Assembly: GCF_009914755.1 (NCBI RefSeq)
Contig: NC_060947.1
Length of the DNA: 64,000 nt
Strand: one strand, 5' to 3'
From: the human T2T-CHM13v2.0 reference genome, Homo sapiens
Part shown: piece by piece, positions 28,855-44,885 of the stretch
Numbering within the stretch: position 1 is the stretch's first letter
How the letters are laid out: each line of letters opens with the position of its first letter
Translations under genes and position numbers: made by a program
The notes under the pieces: model-generated
Told to the model about the DNA's origin: nothing
Databases searched by the model: none
What the model saw: only the letters and a program-made list of their open reading frames with translations

Positions 28855-31800
28855 CTATCAGAATTGTCTAGAAACATGCGTTAATTGGACAGTTAAATGG
28901 ATATGTGTAACATGCACCATTGCTTTGAGACCAAACAATTAGAAAGAGATGACAGGGGACTGGCCAACACTGCATTAGCGTCTTTTAGTCAGATAGTGTG
29001 AGTTGACAGGCTGAATAAAAATACAGCAAATTGGGACCAGTCCACTGTGAAGGTGAATCCTAGTTATGAATCTAACATGTGTTGACTTGAATGCACAGTT
29101 TCAGAACATTTCCTAAGTCACCAGGAAAGAAGGAAGAAAAGCATCAATTGACAAAAATCAATGGAAAGCGATGGATGGCCTCTGCATCCAAGCAAACGTC
29201 AGCAGGAACTGGATCAGCGTACAGATCGACACATTCCCTAGCTCCTGGGAAGTGACTTTGGCGATGCTACGAAAATTTTTAATTATTCAGATTTAATGAA
29301 GTGAAGCAGCATAGGAAAATGAGAGGCAACAAATTATTACACTTAGCATGAAAGAGGTACGTTGTCAATGGTGCCAATTTGAAACCTCAATGTGGCTTAA
29401 ATGAATATATCATATTGTCACAAGATCACATTTTGTGATCATCAATCATTCCAAAAAGGAGTTTCATAATGTTGATTGAGTGACGTGCATTTGTAGTTGT
29501 TGATTTGCATAGACTAAGCAGTAGTGTTTTGGCAGCTTTGAGAATAGGGTTCCTACAAACCTTAACGTGAGAAAAGAGATTCAGTGATTTGTCTAGAGGA
29601 AGCTTGATTCTGCCAATTCAAGTTCAAAGACTGCAAAGTGCATTGGTGTCATAGAATCAGAAATAATTCTCAAGCACACCAAGGCAGAGATGACCACACG
29701 GACAGCTGGATGAAAAACTGGGTAGAGATAAAAATCTGTAAGAGGCTTGAATCATTTAGATTACTAAGAATTAGATAAATTAGATGAATTAAGAATAAGA
29801 TGAGTAAAAATTAGTGAATATCATATTAATCGTTCATCAAGCAGATTAAATCACAAAATGCCTTTCATAGTGGAAGAACATTAAAATGCACATGTATATA
29901 TGTAAGGGTCACAGGTTTTATTAATATGCTGTGGTCATTGTTACAGACAATTAGGCTAATTTAGCTTGATAAATCTCCATTTAGGTTCAAAGTTCTTGTT
30001 TGAATAAGATCTACTTAATATCTTCTGCCAGTTCATTACATGATGTAATCTAAGGGAAGATGATCTAGAAATAGACCATAAAAAAGAAGCCCTTGCTCCC
30101 AAATTAGTGAAATAATGAAAGTCAACAACAATGAAAATACAATCAGGTGAGCCCAAAGCAATTTACCTACACACTCACCATCAGAGACTATATAAAGTTT
30201 ATACCTAAAAATATTCTCAATGTAATAGGTCTGATCAACTCATCATCACAAGATAAGACTTCATACATGGGGTAATGAACATATCCGGTACTGAAATATC
30301 ATAAAAATACGTCATAAACACATTGCAATTTTTCAGAAGGGTATATAATCTTAGCAATTTTGGGCAGAATTTCAGATATCTTAGTCATATGAAGAGAAAA
30401 AAAGGCCTTTCAGTAAGCCATTACTTTAAAATTTGTGTATACATGCACACACACACACACATGTTCATACACACATATATATATAAACACATGTAATAAT
30501 TGAAGCATTGATAGCTTAGAAATAGTATAAATTGCAGTTCTCACCCCTATGGCAAATTTTTAACAGTAACCATTTGCTGCAGACAAGTTTGACGTTGTCA
30601 ATGTGTTTAAGATACTAAATCTGTGATTAAATAATGGACATATTTCCCAAAATTTACTACAAATTGATCATTTAAAATTCCATGAAAATTAATTATCTCA
30701 TCAAAAAACAAAAGCAACAGAATATGGAGCAAAATAATTATTTTGTTTAAATCTTCTATTGAGATCCTTACTTGCATAGTTTGCTGGCTTATAAAAATGG
30801 CACATTCATTGTTAGAAATTTTTATTTTAGCATATGATAAGAAAAGGGAACATTATGTCTTTTTAGGGATAAGAGTTAACAACTTACTTAACAACTTACA
30901 ATGTTATATTTAAAAATAAAGGATTGATACTGGGCACATTTCAGTTGGTAACTTGGTACATTAGAGTTTTCCCTGGAATTAAAATCATTAAACATAATTT
31001 AAACTGACAAGATAAAATATGATCATTGTACTTTTATTCAGATATTTTGTCTATGTAGATAGCCTGAAGCTCTATGCAATTATACAACCTGTTTAAAAAT
31101 AATAAAAACACTTAAGTGACAATATACAACAGAACATGATATGGATTTAATATGATGGATGTGTTTACTTTCAGTAAAATAATGAATCATTCATGATTTA
31201 GTAGAAATATAATCTCAAAGTACCTCACCTTTCGTCTACTGAAAGATGAATCACAAAAATATTTTATAGTGAAGAAAACACAAGGAATTCATAGGAGATG
31301 ACTATTGATCAAAGTGAATTAGATTTTGGAATTAGCTAAAAAAAAATATGCATTTGGTATACTTATTGAACCCTAGCAGAGTTAAGATGTGAGCTAGAAT
31401 GACTACTGAGTACTTGGGAAAATTCCAGAAAGGTACTGAACATGATTTGATTTTCTTTGCAGCTGTACTTCTTGTAGAGTAGAATGGAAATTCATGATCC
31501 AAGTGTGTCTACATGTCAGTCTCTACATTTATAAGGCAGAGCAATTCTCTGGTAAGAGAAGCGAAGCCAAACAGCCATTCCTGGGAATACTATCCAACTC
31601 AACACTGATTAGAGGGTAACAGCACATGAGAAAACACACCACCCCTGACAGCGTCAGCCCACGCTGATGATGTTGTCTTCCATTTTTCATTATTGTTAAA
31701 ACCCATAATCAGCACCTTACAACATCTGTGTTGCCTTGTTCTCTAATTGTCTACCCCACACACGGTGGCAGTTAATTATACATTATCTTATCCTCTAATT

Positions 31801-34800
31801 GCTGTCTGCCTTGGGTTTCTCAGCAAGACGTTGGCTCCTCCTGAACTGCTTCGAAACCTGTGCCCCTGTGGTAGCGACTGCCTTACCTGCCTAGTGCAAA
31901 GTACTTCCAAAAAATACTTTCTGCTTGATAATAATTAATCAGTGTCACAATACCTAATGGATTGTGAAGAGGTCATCTTCAGCTGAGACACCAAAATAAG
32001 ATCTTGACCCCAAAATGAGGACAACTTATGCCAGCCACTTATTTACTGAGAAAAATACATTTTAGCTATTTCCTGTTTCAACACTGTATGATTTCACTGT
32101 CATGTCTTGTTTACTTTTTCATCAAACTAAGTAATTTTTCAGCATGGCATGAAACCTGTTTTCTGAGCCAAAAAATTTCAACAAAAAGTCTAATATTTTA
32201 ACAGTCACCTACATAATTATATAGCTGCCTTCATTTTACTACTCTTGGATAAAAATTAAATACCTAATAAATTTCTTCCATTTTTGTGGATTACATAGCT
32301 GTGGTAATATTTTTGCTACAGATAATACAAAACTGTATCTTTACCTTTTTTCCTATTCACTGCTTTCATTTCACAAATTTATGGTTCACATTCTAGGGCA
32401 AACATACAAAATTGTACTAACACACACACAGAGTTATGTGGGAAAAAGGTAACTGATTTACTCTTTTTGAGGCCTGAGATCATAGACATACAAGCCCTCT
32501 GAATCTTGTAGAAAGTGACAAATGGTTTTGTTTCATTCGTTTGTTATTTCCATAATGAGGATGGTGGTACCGAATCTTCTTTTCTTAGAGTTGTGGAGTC
32601 ATAGCAGATCCACGATCCTTTAGACACCCTCAATTCTAATCCAGCCTTAATTCTTGATTCTTCCTTGGCAAAACTCCAACCCTGGTGAAATCCACCTCCC
32701 CACCCAGCATGCATCCGCCTCACCTTTACTGATCAGCACAGATGAAAGAAGATATTTAATCATGCTGACTTATCTCACATTAAATTCATGAACACAAACC
32801 TCCAGTAGGTTAATCGAGATGCCTGTATATCATACTAAATTTCTCTGATGAATTCCCTTAAAGGCTCTGCTAAATAGCACCTTCTTCTTCCTCTTCTAAT
32901 CCCCAATCCCTCGTGCTCCATCTTCACTGTTAGAATATGACCTGGCTTCTTACTACACTGAAGAAATTCTATCTCAAGAAAACATGCACAAACCACCACT
33001 AACCCATTTACCCATGTGACAATAATGGCCCCATCTTTTGTGCCTCCTCTTTTCATAAGAGAATAATGATAGGAACCCAATATAAGGCTGACTCTCACCC
33101 ATCAAACTCCATCAACTCTTGACAACCCAACAATAGAACACCTTGCTCTTGCTATATCCTCAGAATTGTCTTCCTCTTGTATGTTGTATTATTGTGTAAA
33201 AAACTGTCCACACCTCTCAAGGGGACAAATACACACTTGCAAGACTTTCCCTGTCCCTAACTCGAAAGAATTTCACTGACTCACTTCCATGACTTCAGTT
33301 ATAGCTAATTGACTTGCTTTGGCAGATGAAACATGAACAGAAATTAGTGGGGCTACTTCCAAGCGAAAACCTTAAGAGCTATAATGTGGTTCTGCCCATT
33401 TTCCCCCTTTGCTAAAATAACAAAAATAATTAGTAATAATAAGAATAAATGAGTCTTCTCCATCAGCCCGGGTCCCAGAATTAAGAATACACAGAAAACA
33501 GCCACAGTCAACCCTTAGCGAACTTTGAACATGAGCGAGAAATCAACTTTAGTGGCTGTGGATGTCGCTGCCATTTTAGGGATATTTGTTAATGTAGCAC
33601 ACTATACACTGTACTGATTGATAACACCACGCCCCTAGATCAACCCTACAGCACAGAGAAATGTGGTTAGATTTTCCATCTTAAAAGCAATAAAACAATT
33701 TTCTCATCTTAAAAAAAAAGTGTGTCTATATTGTTCCTTTTCTGAAAATATCCTTGAAAATATTTATTGATATTGATTCCAATTTTATTGCTCTTATTCT
33801 CTCTGAAACCTGCCCCAATTGGGGCTTTTACCCCCAACACTCCACCAAAATTATTACTTTTCTACTAAAGGTCAAAAATGACATTTGCATTGCTATGTTC
33901 TCAATTTTCCTCATTCTTTTTTCCCCTCTGTCTACCTCTATTCAATCTCAACTGCCACAATCAGACAGACAAAAGGACGAGGACACTTTTTCCTTGCATC
34001 TGTAGTGGAAACCATAGCAGCAGATGTGCATTTTATGACCTATTTGAATTACACCCAGTTGACTACCTCTCTGTCATTGAAATGCCTTTTTCCCCCCTTC
34101 ACTTCCACATTACCAGACTTTCTTTTACACCCTGGACAATTATGTTCATTTCCTTTCCAGGTTCCTCGTATTATTACCAATCTCAAATTGTTGGCAAGCT
34201 CCAGCCTTGGTCCTTTCTCTTCTCTGTCCACAGAACTCTCTTGATAATTTTATTCCGCCTCATAGCTTTAGATACCATCGACACTATCTAGGCTGACATT
34301 TTTTCTCTTCAGCACAGATTTCTGCCTTGAACTTCAGACTCTGACATCCATCTCCTTATGGGATATCTTCCGTTTGATGTCTCATAGACATTTCAAACTC
34401 AAACATTTAAACTTTGATGATAACTTAAGAATGTCTCTACTAGCCCATCCTCCAATGTCACCTGTGACCACCTCTACCTTTTCCAGTGTTTAGGCCAAAA
34501 ACTCTGGACTTCCTTCGATCTCCCACACTCCACATCCATATAACTAGCAAATCTTACTTCAAATGTATAAAAAACTCCAACCACTTCTCACCTCCCAGCT
34601 GTAGGTTCTTATCTTGACTCTTACATCAGCCTTCTAACTGGTCTCCCACATTCCACCTTTGCCCCTACAGACAAGCCTCAGCTAAGCAAAGTGCTCCTTT
34701 AAAACACACCTTGACACATGAATTATCTGTTGAAATCCTTCCATTTGTTCTCCCTGGTTCTCAGAATTACAAAGTTCTCGATAGCACCACCCTACTCTGA

Positions 34801-34855
34801 TACCTGCCATTCTGATGGCATACTCTGATACTCTAGAAATGTGGATCTTACTGCT

Positions 34856-35207
34856 TGATATGGTTTGGCTGTGTCCCCACCCAAATCTCATCTTAAATTG
34901 TAGCTCTCATAATCGTGGGAGGGACCTGATGGGAGGTAACTGAATCATGGGGGTGTGTCTTTCCCATGCTGTTCTGGTGATAGTGAGTAAGTATCACAAA
35001 ACCTGATGGTTTTGTAAAGGGACTGCACACGCTCTCTCTTGCCTGCTGCCATCCATGTAAGACATGACTTTGCTCCTCCTTGCCCTCTGCTATGATTGTA
35101 AGGCCTCCCCAACCATGTGGAACTGTGAGTCCACTAAAACTCTTTCCTTTATAAATTCCCAAGTCTTGAGCATATCTTTATTGGCAGCTTGAGAACAGAC
35201 TAATACA
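34856..35207 (+). mobile_element. THE1 (A/B-like) solo LTR
   Basis: tgatatggtttggctgtgtccccacccaaatctc...gagaacagactaataca; perfect 5-bp TSD ctgct. Confidence 0.93.
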
Positions 35208-35474
35208 CTGCTCTGCCCTAAACAGAACAGGGACGTTCCTACCCCAGAGCCTTGGCACTGGCTGTTCCCTCTGCCTGGAACATCCTTCTCATATATCATC
35301 ATGGCTTTTTCCCTTAGCTATTTCAATTCTCTACTCCCACATCCCCTTTTCATTGAGGTTGTCATTGACCACCCTACTTAAAATACTGCAACTTCCCTAG
35401 CAATTCTAATTCCACTTATCCTCTTCTAGTTTTCTTCACAGCACTCATCACCTTATAAAATAATACAAAACTTT

Positions 35475-35772
35475 GGCCACGTATGGTGGCTCATGTCTGT
35501 GATCCTAGTAATTTAGGGGGCCAAGGAGGGAGGGTTGCTTGAACCTAGGAGTTCCAGACCAGCTTGGGCAACATAGCAAGACCCAATCTCTACAAAAAGA
35601 AAAACATACAGAAAATAAATAGCTGGGCATGGTGGCAACACCTGTAGTCCTAGGTACTTGGGAGGCTGATGTGAGAGTACTGCTTGAGCCCGGGAGTTGG
35701 AGAGTACGGTGAGCTATGATTAAACACTGCACCCAGCCTGAATGACAGGGCAAGACCCTGTCTTTAAATAAA
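35475..35772 (+). mobile_element. AluJ
   Basis: Diverged two-arm Alu. Confidence 0.9.
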
Positions 35773-37011
35773 ACCTAATTTATTTAACTCTTAAGTTTGT
35801 TTTCCATCCACCTATAGAATATCAGTGGCACAAGGGAGGAAATTTTATTTATTTTGTACATGGATGCATCCCTGAAGCTTAGAACAATACCTGGCATGTG
35901 ACAGGCACTCAAATAATAACTGAAAGAATTAATAGTGAAAGTCAAATATTACAAGATACCATGCTATGAATGTTGTTTTAGAATTATATAAGACTATGCT
36001 GATACATAAGCCATTACAGTTGAATGCTTAAAAATCTTAGAGAATAAATGATTTGAAGAGTCAAATTTTGGGGTTGGTTGAGAGATAATCACTTAAGGAC
36101 AAATTAAGAAAATGCAGAGAAAGTGCTTCACAAAATACAAAAATACTAGGAAGTCCTTGTCCTTCCAAGGTTAGTGATACCTAACTCACATGGTTTCTTC
36201 CAGTCCTACAGGTGGCTTTGTCTAGTTTTTCTGATTGGGCTCTTTGTTTTTGCCAGAGGTAAACTGCTATTTCATTTCCTTTTATTTCCTCCTTATTTCT
36301 GTCCTATTTTTAGATACCATAATTGAATCAACATTCCTGGTGCACAGACATCTAACAATTTGATAAACGGCATGTATTCTCTGGTCTGCTAAAGGCTGTC
36401 TCTTAATGTCTTTCCCTTCTGCCCCATTCTGTGCCTATATCCCCTTAACTCCACCTTCCTAGAGGGTTAGAAGTCCCAGAGTCCTAAAAGGTTCTTGCAA
36501 AGTTGGGTTCAAGGCTACCTAGGTTTTCTCATTATCGACTCTACATGACAGCAAATCAATAATGAAGCCACACAGCGGGGAAGGCTGTGTGGATGTGGAT
36601 AAAGCCAATGCCTGTCTTTCACAGATGGACACATGACTTTATCGCCTCAAAAACATGTCAAACTCTGCCGGTCCTCATAGTTCTCAGAAAATATTTCAAG
36701 ATGTCTTTTTTCCTCCCCGCCCGCTGGGAGAATTTCCATTGTGAAAAACACATTTACAATCATCTCACTTTAAAACCATGTAGAGAAGGGCAGGTGAGCT
36801 AAAGAGAGAAACCCTGATGGAGAGGGAGAATCTTTAGCTGAGGAATCTTTAGCTGAAGCACGTGTGCACATGCATTTGTGGACACATCTATGGAAGCAGG
36901 GGACAAGCATGTCATCAATAGCAAATGAGGCAAGTGCAGCGGGAATGGCCAGGAAAAAAAGGGAGAGAATCAGGAGATCGAGGCAAAGTAAAAACTATTA
37001 AGAGACAAGTC

Positions 37012-37569
37012 GCTACCATTCGACCCAGCATTCTCATTACTGGATATCTATCCAAAGGAATATAAATCATTCTACCAAACAGACACATGCACCTGCATGT
37101 TCAGCACAGCACTATTCACAACAGCAAAGACATGGAATCCACCTAGATGGCCATCAACGGTGAACTGGATAAAGAAAATGTGGTGTAATATACATCATGG
37201 AATACTATATAGCCATAAAAAGAACAAAATCATGTTCTTTGAAGCAACAAGAGTGCAGCTGGAGGCCATTATCTTAAGAGAACTAATGCAGAAACAGAAA
37301 AGCAAGTACTGCATATTCTCACTTACAAGTGGGATCTAAACATTGAGGACGCACGGGCCCAAAAAGGGGAACAATAAACACAAGGGTCTACTTCAAAGTG
37401 GTGGGTGGGAAAAGGCTGAGGGTCAAAAAACTACCTATCAGGTACTATGCTCACTACCTGCGTGACAAAATCATCTGTACACCAAACCCCAGCGACACCC
37501 AATTTACCCATGTAACAAACCTGCACATGTACCCTCTGAACCTAAAATAAAAATTGAAAAAGAAAAAAT
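37012..37569 (+). mobile_element. L1PA (older)/L1PB 3' end
   Basis: ORF2 C-terminus MFSTALFTTAKTWNPPRWPS..., 3'UTR and A-tail. Confidence 0.9.
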
Positions 37570-38783
37570 AGATATAAAATTCCCACAAACAAACAGAAAG
37601 AGAGTACTGGTTAAGTATTGGCTAAGTGTCACTCTCTGGCCCTTAAAAAAAAAAGAAAAGAAAAGAGAGAAGAGTGGATAGGAAAAGATAAAGATGCAAA
37701 GATGTTAACATTGCTTGACATTTAAAACTGGTATCTCTCCATAATAGAACTTTAGGAAATATAGCAAAAAGGAAGAGAAAGGAAACTATGAAACCGAACT
37801 GCATATCATGACTGCTTTTATCATAATTTATCCGCCAAATGTTTAAGGGGAGAAGGTGGAAAATTTTGCGGTTAAATAATTACATAGTTAAAATTCCTCC
37901 TGGGCTATCAGTGTGATAGAAGTGCAATGTCTACTGAACTCTTTCAAGCAGAATCCAATATATAATCTCTGGAAATTTTGTTTTATGGAAACAAAAACAG
38001 AATCAGCACTTTCCAAAGATCATCTCCCAACCAAAACACATAATAGGAAACATGTACTCTATTATTTGGTGCCTAAATTTTCCTTCTGCCTATCTTGATA
38101 TACTATGTTATTTTTTAAGACTGTTTTTTAAAATAGCTAAATTGCATATTTTAAAATGTTAAATCAAAAGCCCCGAGAAATGCATGTCAAATATGTTTAA
38201 CATTTAATTCAATTATATTTCATCTAGGGAATAAAGTGGATGGTTTAAACATAGTTATAACATTATTAGAAATAATAATCAAATATAATACTCATTTTAA
38301 AAGGCATTATCTGCATCAGGTTTAATAGTTTGTGTCCTGTCACACTGTAAGAGGTATTGGTAAGTATTTATGGTTTAACATGAGGTTACATGGTATATGA
38401 GGCTCCCCCTTGACATGCAGGATTGTTCTGCTCAGAGGGCAAAACCTTTCCCATGTTTTCCTCTTCCTTGGTGATGACAGCTGCTTATGAACATCCTCTG
38501 CTTTTATCCTATTAGGCGGTCAGTGTTTTATCCGTGATTTCTCATTTGCAATTCTTCTCAATCTTCCATGTTAGCATGTTACCTCATCTTGTCCTATGCT
38601 AGCCCATCTTCTAGCCATACAGTTTAATTTCAGTCTCAGAGTCTACTTGTTATTGCCTCTGCCTTCTTCTTTGGATGCTCTCTTCTGACTCTTGGATTTT
38701 CTTTTTCACCTGGCTCCACCGTTTTAACATTCCCTTTCACAGTTTCGATACTGATTAAGAAAATAAACACTAAATGTGCAAAT

Positions 38784-39420
<637 letters not shown>

Positions 39421-39674
39421 AAAATATGCAAATGCATACAATTTAAAGCATAATCTCTAACTAATGCCTATCATTGCCATTCCCAGTTTTAATACATAAA
39501 CTGGTATGACTTTCTGGTGAATGATGCCTTCTTATGTGTTCACTGCCTGTAAGGGATCTTGTACTCCTTACATTCTTCAGAGATGCCCTTTCTCCTTCCC
39601 ATCTTCTTTTCTTCCAGTGGTTTTCCTCTTGCTTTGGTTTTTCTCTTTTCCTCTACCTTTCCTTTTCTCCACTA

Positions 39675-39864
39675 CCATTTTCATAGAATGCTGTAATCCT
39701 GGCACTTTAATCCCAACAGATCACACACACACACACACAGACTTATAATAAAGGTTTTGTCTTCATGCATTCCTCACTCCAATATCGTAGTTGGGCTGAG
39801 CTCATTGGAGTTCAATTCCACTGCAATGTTCCATGTTCTGCACCTATGCAATCCAGTAACATAC
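39675..39864. repeat. Local direct duplication A, copy 1 (copy 2 at 42174-42351)
   Basis: ccattttcatagaatg(c/t)tgtaatcctggcactttaat...gctcattggagtt...ccagtaacatac shared. Confidence 0.92.
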
Positions 39865-40830
39865 CCGGTCATGGCATGTTTCCAAGGAGAAGTCCAGGTT
39901 CCAGGTACCCCCTGCTCTCTCCTTTCCCATCAGCATTAGATAGTGCATCTGGGGCAATCTATATTCCATATAATTATTTTTAACACTTACCCCAGTTTCT
40001 TATTACCATTCTGCTTGCAAACACTTAAAACAGATGGATGTAAATGGCATGCCAGCTCATGCTAGAATTACTCATGTTAAATAAACGCTGCAATGATGAC
40101 CTTCCTCAGTGGTTTTACTGGATTCTGTTCTTGCCCAAATGCTAAGGAGAAAAGAAGCTGTCTCTCAACTCCATTTAGGAGGACAGAAACATAAAACAGA
40201 AATTGTCCTTTTTCAAATCCCCAAATAATGGATGGCTCACCCTCAAGGCATTATAGCATTCTGCCTTCTCTATAATCCACGTGTTGGGATCTGAGACCCA
40301 GACTCCTTTGTGTCTACCGTATAGTTTTAGGTGAGCACATAAAATGCTATCTCTAATTAAATCTCACAATATTAGTGAGGAAGCATTTGCCAGTATGGAT
40401 TCTAAAGCCCAAACTGAGGTCTTTAAAAAGGATGAAAGAGAATTGATTTTACCAGACAATAAGACCAAAGAAAATTGTTTACAGCTTAGCGATTCAACAG
40501 TGTCTATAAGGGCTCAAGTCTTCTCTCCTGTCAGAACACCACCCTGGTCAGCAGTTGGGTTTCCATCTTGTTCATAGGTTTGCCAGCTCCTGACCTGAGA
40601 TAAGCAGTGGGGTCCTGACAAAAGCACCTGCACCCACATGCAGGCAGGGGGCAAGAGAGGGAGAGGGTGCAAGATGTGTTGGTCCCTTCTACAGAGAAAA
40701 GCTTTCTCAGAATGTCTATGAGTGTCTCCTGGGCTCTGCTTATGCCTGACGTTCCCTCCACTCCAGGAAGGCATGGGAGGAGGAGATAGGGAAAGGGTTT
40801 GGGGCTGGCATGAGAGTTTCTTCTATATGT

Positions 40831-40940
40831 CAAATCTCAGAGATTAATGCAACAGAAAATAAAACTAAAAATTAAACGATGAATCAACAATTGTAAAAAT
40901 TCACCTGAAAATATACAATGATCTAATAGCTCATTCAGAA
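40831..40940. repeat. Local direct duplication B, copy 1 (copy 2 at 41726 to about 41836)
   Basis: caaatctcagagattaatgcaacagaaa...aaaaattcac...aatgatctaatagct shared. Confidence 0.92.
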
Positions 40941-41288
40941 ATGAAATCTATAAAGGGTTTTGGGTCAGCAGATCTAGGTGTGTCCAGTCCTAGGAACTCA
41001 TTTGCTCTGAATGGAAAATTCCATTCTGCTGATTAAATTTCATTGAGCTAAGATCCACTCATTTTTCTAATTAATCACATCCCTCACCTAAAAGCAACGA
41101 CGTATTTGAACACTCCATTGCAAAAGAAGAAAATCAAATTACATAGTTCTCTATCACCAAGTAACAAAGAATACCTTATGAGGTGCTAGAGAAGATGTCT
41201 GAAGAATTAAACTTGTAGTTCTGGTGCTAAGAAATGAAGTAACAAGGCATATAAAATGTAAAATTGAATAAAAATTAAATAAAAGTGG

Positions 41289-41582
<294 letters not shown>

Positions 41583-42742
41583 TTAAATAAAAGTAGACAT
41601 CCATACCAGAAACTAATTTAAGAAAAGGACTAACTACAGCCAAAAGCAAGTGCACAATCAATTGCTGTTACAAAGGAAGGTATAAAAGCATTAATGTGTA
41701 TCCATCTTTTTTCTTTTCTCATTTTCAAATCTCAGAGATTAATGCAACAGAAACAAAATTGAAAATTTAAACAATGAACCAACAATTTCAAAAATTCACT
41801 TTAAAATATGTAATGATCTAATAGCTTATCCAGACACATAAGGTAAGATCTAATAGCTCATCCAGAAACATAAAGTGCTTGAATCATTTTAGAAATGACT
41901 ACATCGGTCCTACTGGTGTTATTATAACAAGGCCTACCTTTTGGTAAGTCTAAACACTTTACTGTGGAAATTTCAAAAATTTGTATTCATGCTGAAATAC
42001 AAAATGGAGCAAAGCTTTCTTGAGGCATCATGTAAAAAATGCCTCAGAAGTGTGCCTGTGTGAGATAATTGAGCAGAATTCTAGTTTGGCTGTTCAAAAC
42101 AGCAGCCCCCTAACCCTAGTTCCACCCAAACCATGCATCTTAAGCGTCTCAAATAAATATTGAATATGATTAGCCATTTTCATAGAATGTTGTAATCCTG
42201 GCACTTTAATACCAACAGATCACACACATACACCCAAGTCTTTATGTATTCCCTCACTTCAACATCGTAGCTGGGTCAAGCTCATTGGAGTTTAATTCCA
42301 TTGCAATGTTTCATGTTCTCCTCCCTTGGAATCCAGGAACCAGTAACATACTAGTTACTGAATTTTCCACTGAAGGAAAATGATGATACACAATTCATAA
42401 ATCTACTACAACAAAAAGTCATAGCAACCCTCAATTCAAGCTACATTCTTTAAGGCTTTTTTTTTTAATGTAGCTGACACCATAGTATGTACTAAAATAA
42501 GACATTTTTCCACTTCTTGAAATGTTTCCACGTTAGCAGGTGAGATCAACGGCAAAAACATCACCACCATCAACAAACAAAAATGCATATAACACTTCAA
42601 AAAAGCAGGTACAAATTTTAGAAGCACATAGTAGCCATTAAAACTGCTAAAAAGCTAGAGTTTTTCAAGTTCCACAATTTCCTGAACATTAATAAAATAT
42701 ATTTTCACAGCATTGTTCTTTCCATTCAATAGAAACTTTTCA

Positions 42743-43417
<675 letters not shown>

Positions 43418-44656
43418 TCATAAACTTGGGCAGAGAAGCTCTCTTTGTCAGATAATATTGAGACTTACCCATATGAAACAGTGTGTATTGCGGCTCATAT
43501 GAAATCTTTGCATAAGACAGTAAAAAACCATCCAATAATAAATCATGTTTCCATGACAATTAAGAAAGTAGTAATTGTAGCTGAAGACAGCACCCATGGT
43601 CTTGTGGATTATTTTCATGTTCTAAATCATTAGCGGTGGGGCGGGGGGAGAGTAATACGCCCATTTTAGGTTAACTTTATTTTAAAATAAAGCTTCCATA
43701 ACAAAAAGAAAAGGTGCATCTAAAATAATATCTAAATCAGTGAAGAAAAGATTGTCCAATATGAGAAGTGCTCTTACCAAGAGAAAATAATGAACTGAGA
43801 GTCAGCCAAGTTAAATCTCTCTGTAGTTTCCTTCGGCTTCAGAAGCCCTAATCAGATGGATCCCCTCATGGTCCCGGAGAAATCCAGCTGGCTCTACACC
43901 TTCTTATGTATCAAGGGCTCATCACTTAAATGCATTTTGTTTCTAACATGGCTGGAGAAACCTCCAAATGTCAACTGAAAACCTGCCCTCACTTTGTATG
44001 AGCAAGATTTAAATTTTAACGGGGTCACCAGGGCCTTGTGCCCAACAACATTAAATGAAGATGCTTGGAGAGTGCTTTGTGAACGACAGCCTGGCTGCTG
44101 GGGAGCATAAAAGCAGCACATGGGAGTCTTTCCTGTAGCCCAAGGATTTGACTTGCCAATGTGATCCTTCCACCGTAAATTCAGTGCCATGGAGTGCTAC
44201 GACTACAGGTGTCAGCCACCATGCCCAGCCTGTCAGAGTGTGCACTCTGACAGTGCCAAAAACACTCCATAGGAACCATCCACAGCAAGCTCGGGTTCTT
44301 TTTTATTTTCCTTTTTTTTCCCATGAGCTAGGCTGTGGTCCAAGCAGGGCATGTATTTTCTGTCATTTTCATGGACTGCAACAGAAAGCTGGAAATAGAT
44401 TTCTCTGGTGTGTGGGAGAGATCTTACTGTCTGATTATCTAGAGGCCAGGGATATGTATCTTCAGCATGCCTTTTTTCTTTTATTTACCTCCGTGAAACA
44501 AACTGAACTACTTAAGACTGCAGATCCTGGCCTTCTGCATATGAGATTTGGAATTTTGACTAATAGCCCTGCAACTAACCAATGCAGAGAACGCCCCTGT
44601 TTTCTTAGCTGCCATCGTGAGGTTTACGTTTTACCTGGAATTATCTGAAAATGCCC

Positions 44657-44885
44657 CCTCAAAGTGTACGTGATAGAACAGTGGGCCAAAATATACAAGA
44701 CTGAGATGCTTAGGGGACAGTTATTAGATCATATATAAGATACTGCACTGTAAATGAGGAAAGAGTAAAATGAGGACAGAGTGAAAAAAGCATGTTTGCA
44801 CAACAGTGTGAATATTGTTAATATCCCTAAACTGTACATGCAAAAATTATAGATCTTACATACATTTTGCCACTATTTTAAAAAA
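44657..44885. repeat. Local direct duplication C, copy 1 (copy 2 at 45883 to about 46115)
   Basis: ccaaaatatacaagactgagatgc and ttattagatcatatataagatactgca identical in both; 3' part is an L1M tail. Confidence 0.93.

Larger units (their letters stand above)
32600..35930. mobile_element. Fragmented L2, interrupted by an old MLT-like LTR (about 33190-33625), THE1 and Alu
   Basis: L2 motifs such as cttcagactctgacatcc, tttcaaactcaaaca, tggctgttccctctgcctggaa, acctggcatgtgacaggcactcaaataa. Confidence 0.65.

Noticed and set aside
33933-34000. Cryptic exon-like segment on minus (ccactacAG|ATGCAAGG...GAG|GTAGAC)
   Set aside because: Poor pyrimidine tract, weak donor, in-frame stop, lies among L2 remnants; unsupported without RNA data.
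44148-44648. Longest ORF (166 aa), and similar ones at 60312, 10279 and 25398
   Set aside because: No recognisable domain, no promoter or splice context, some overlap repeat fragments; lengths are compatible with chance in 64 kb.
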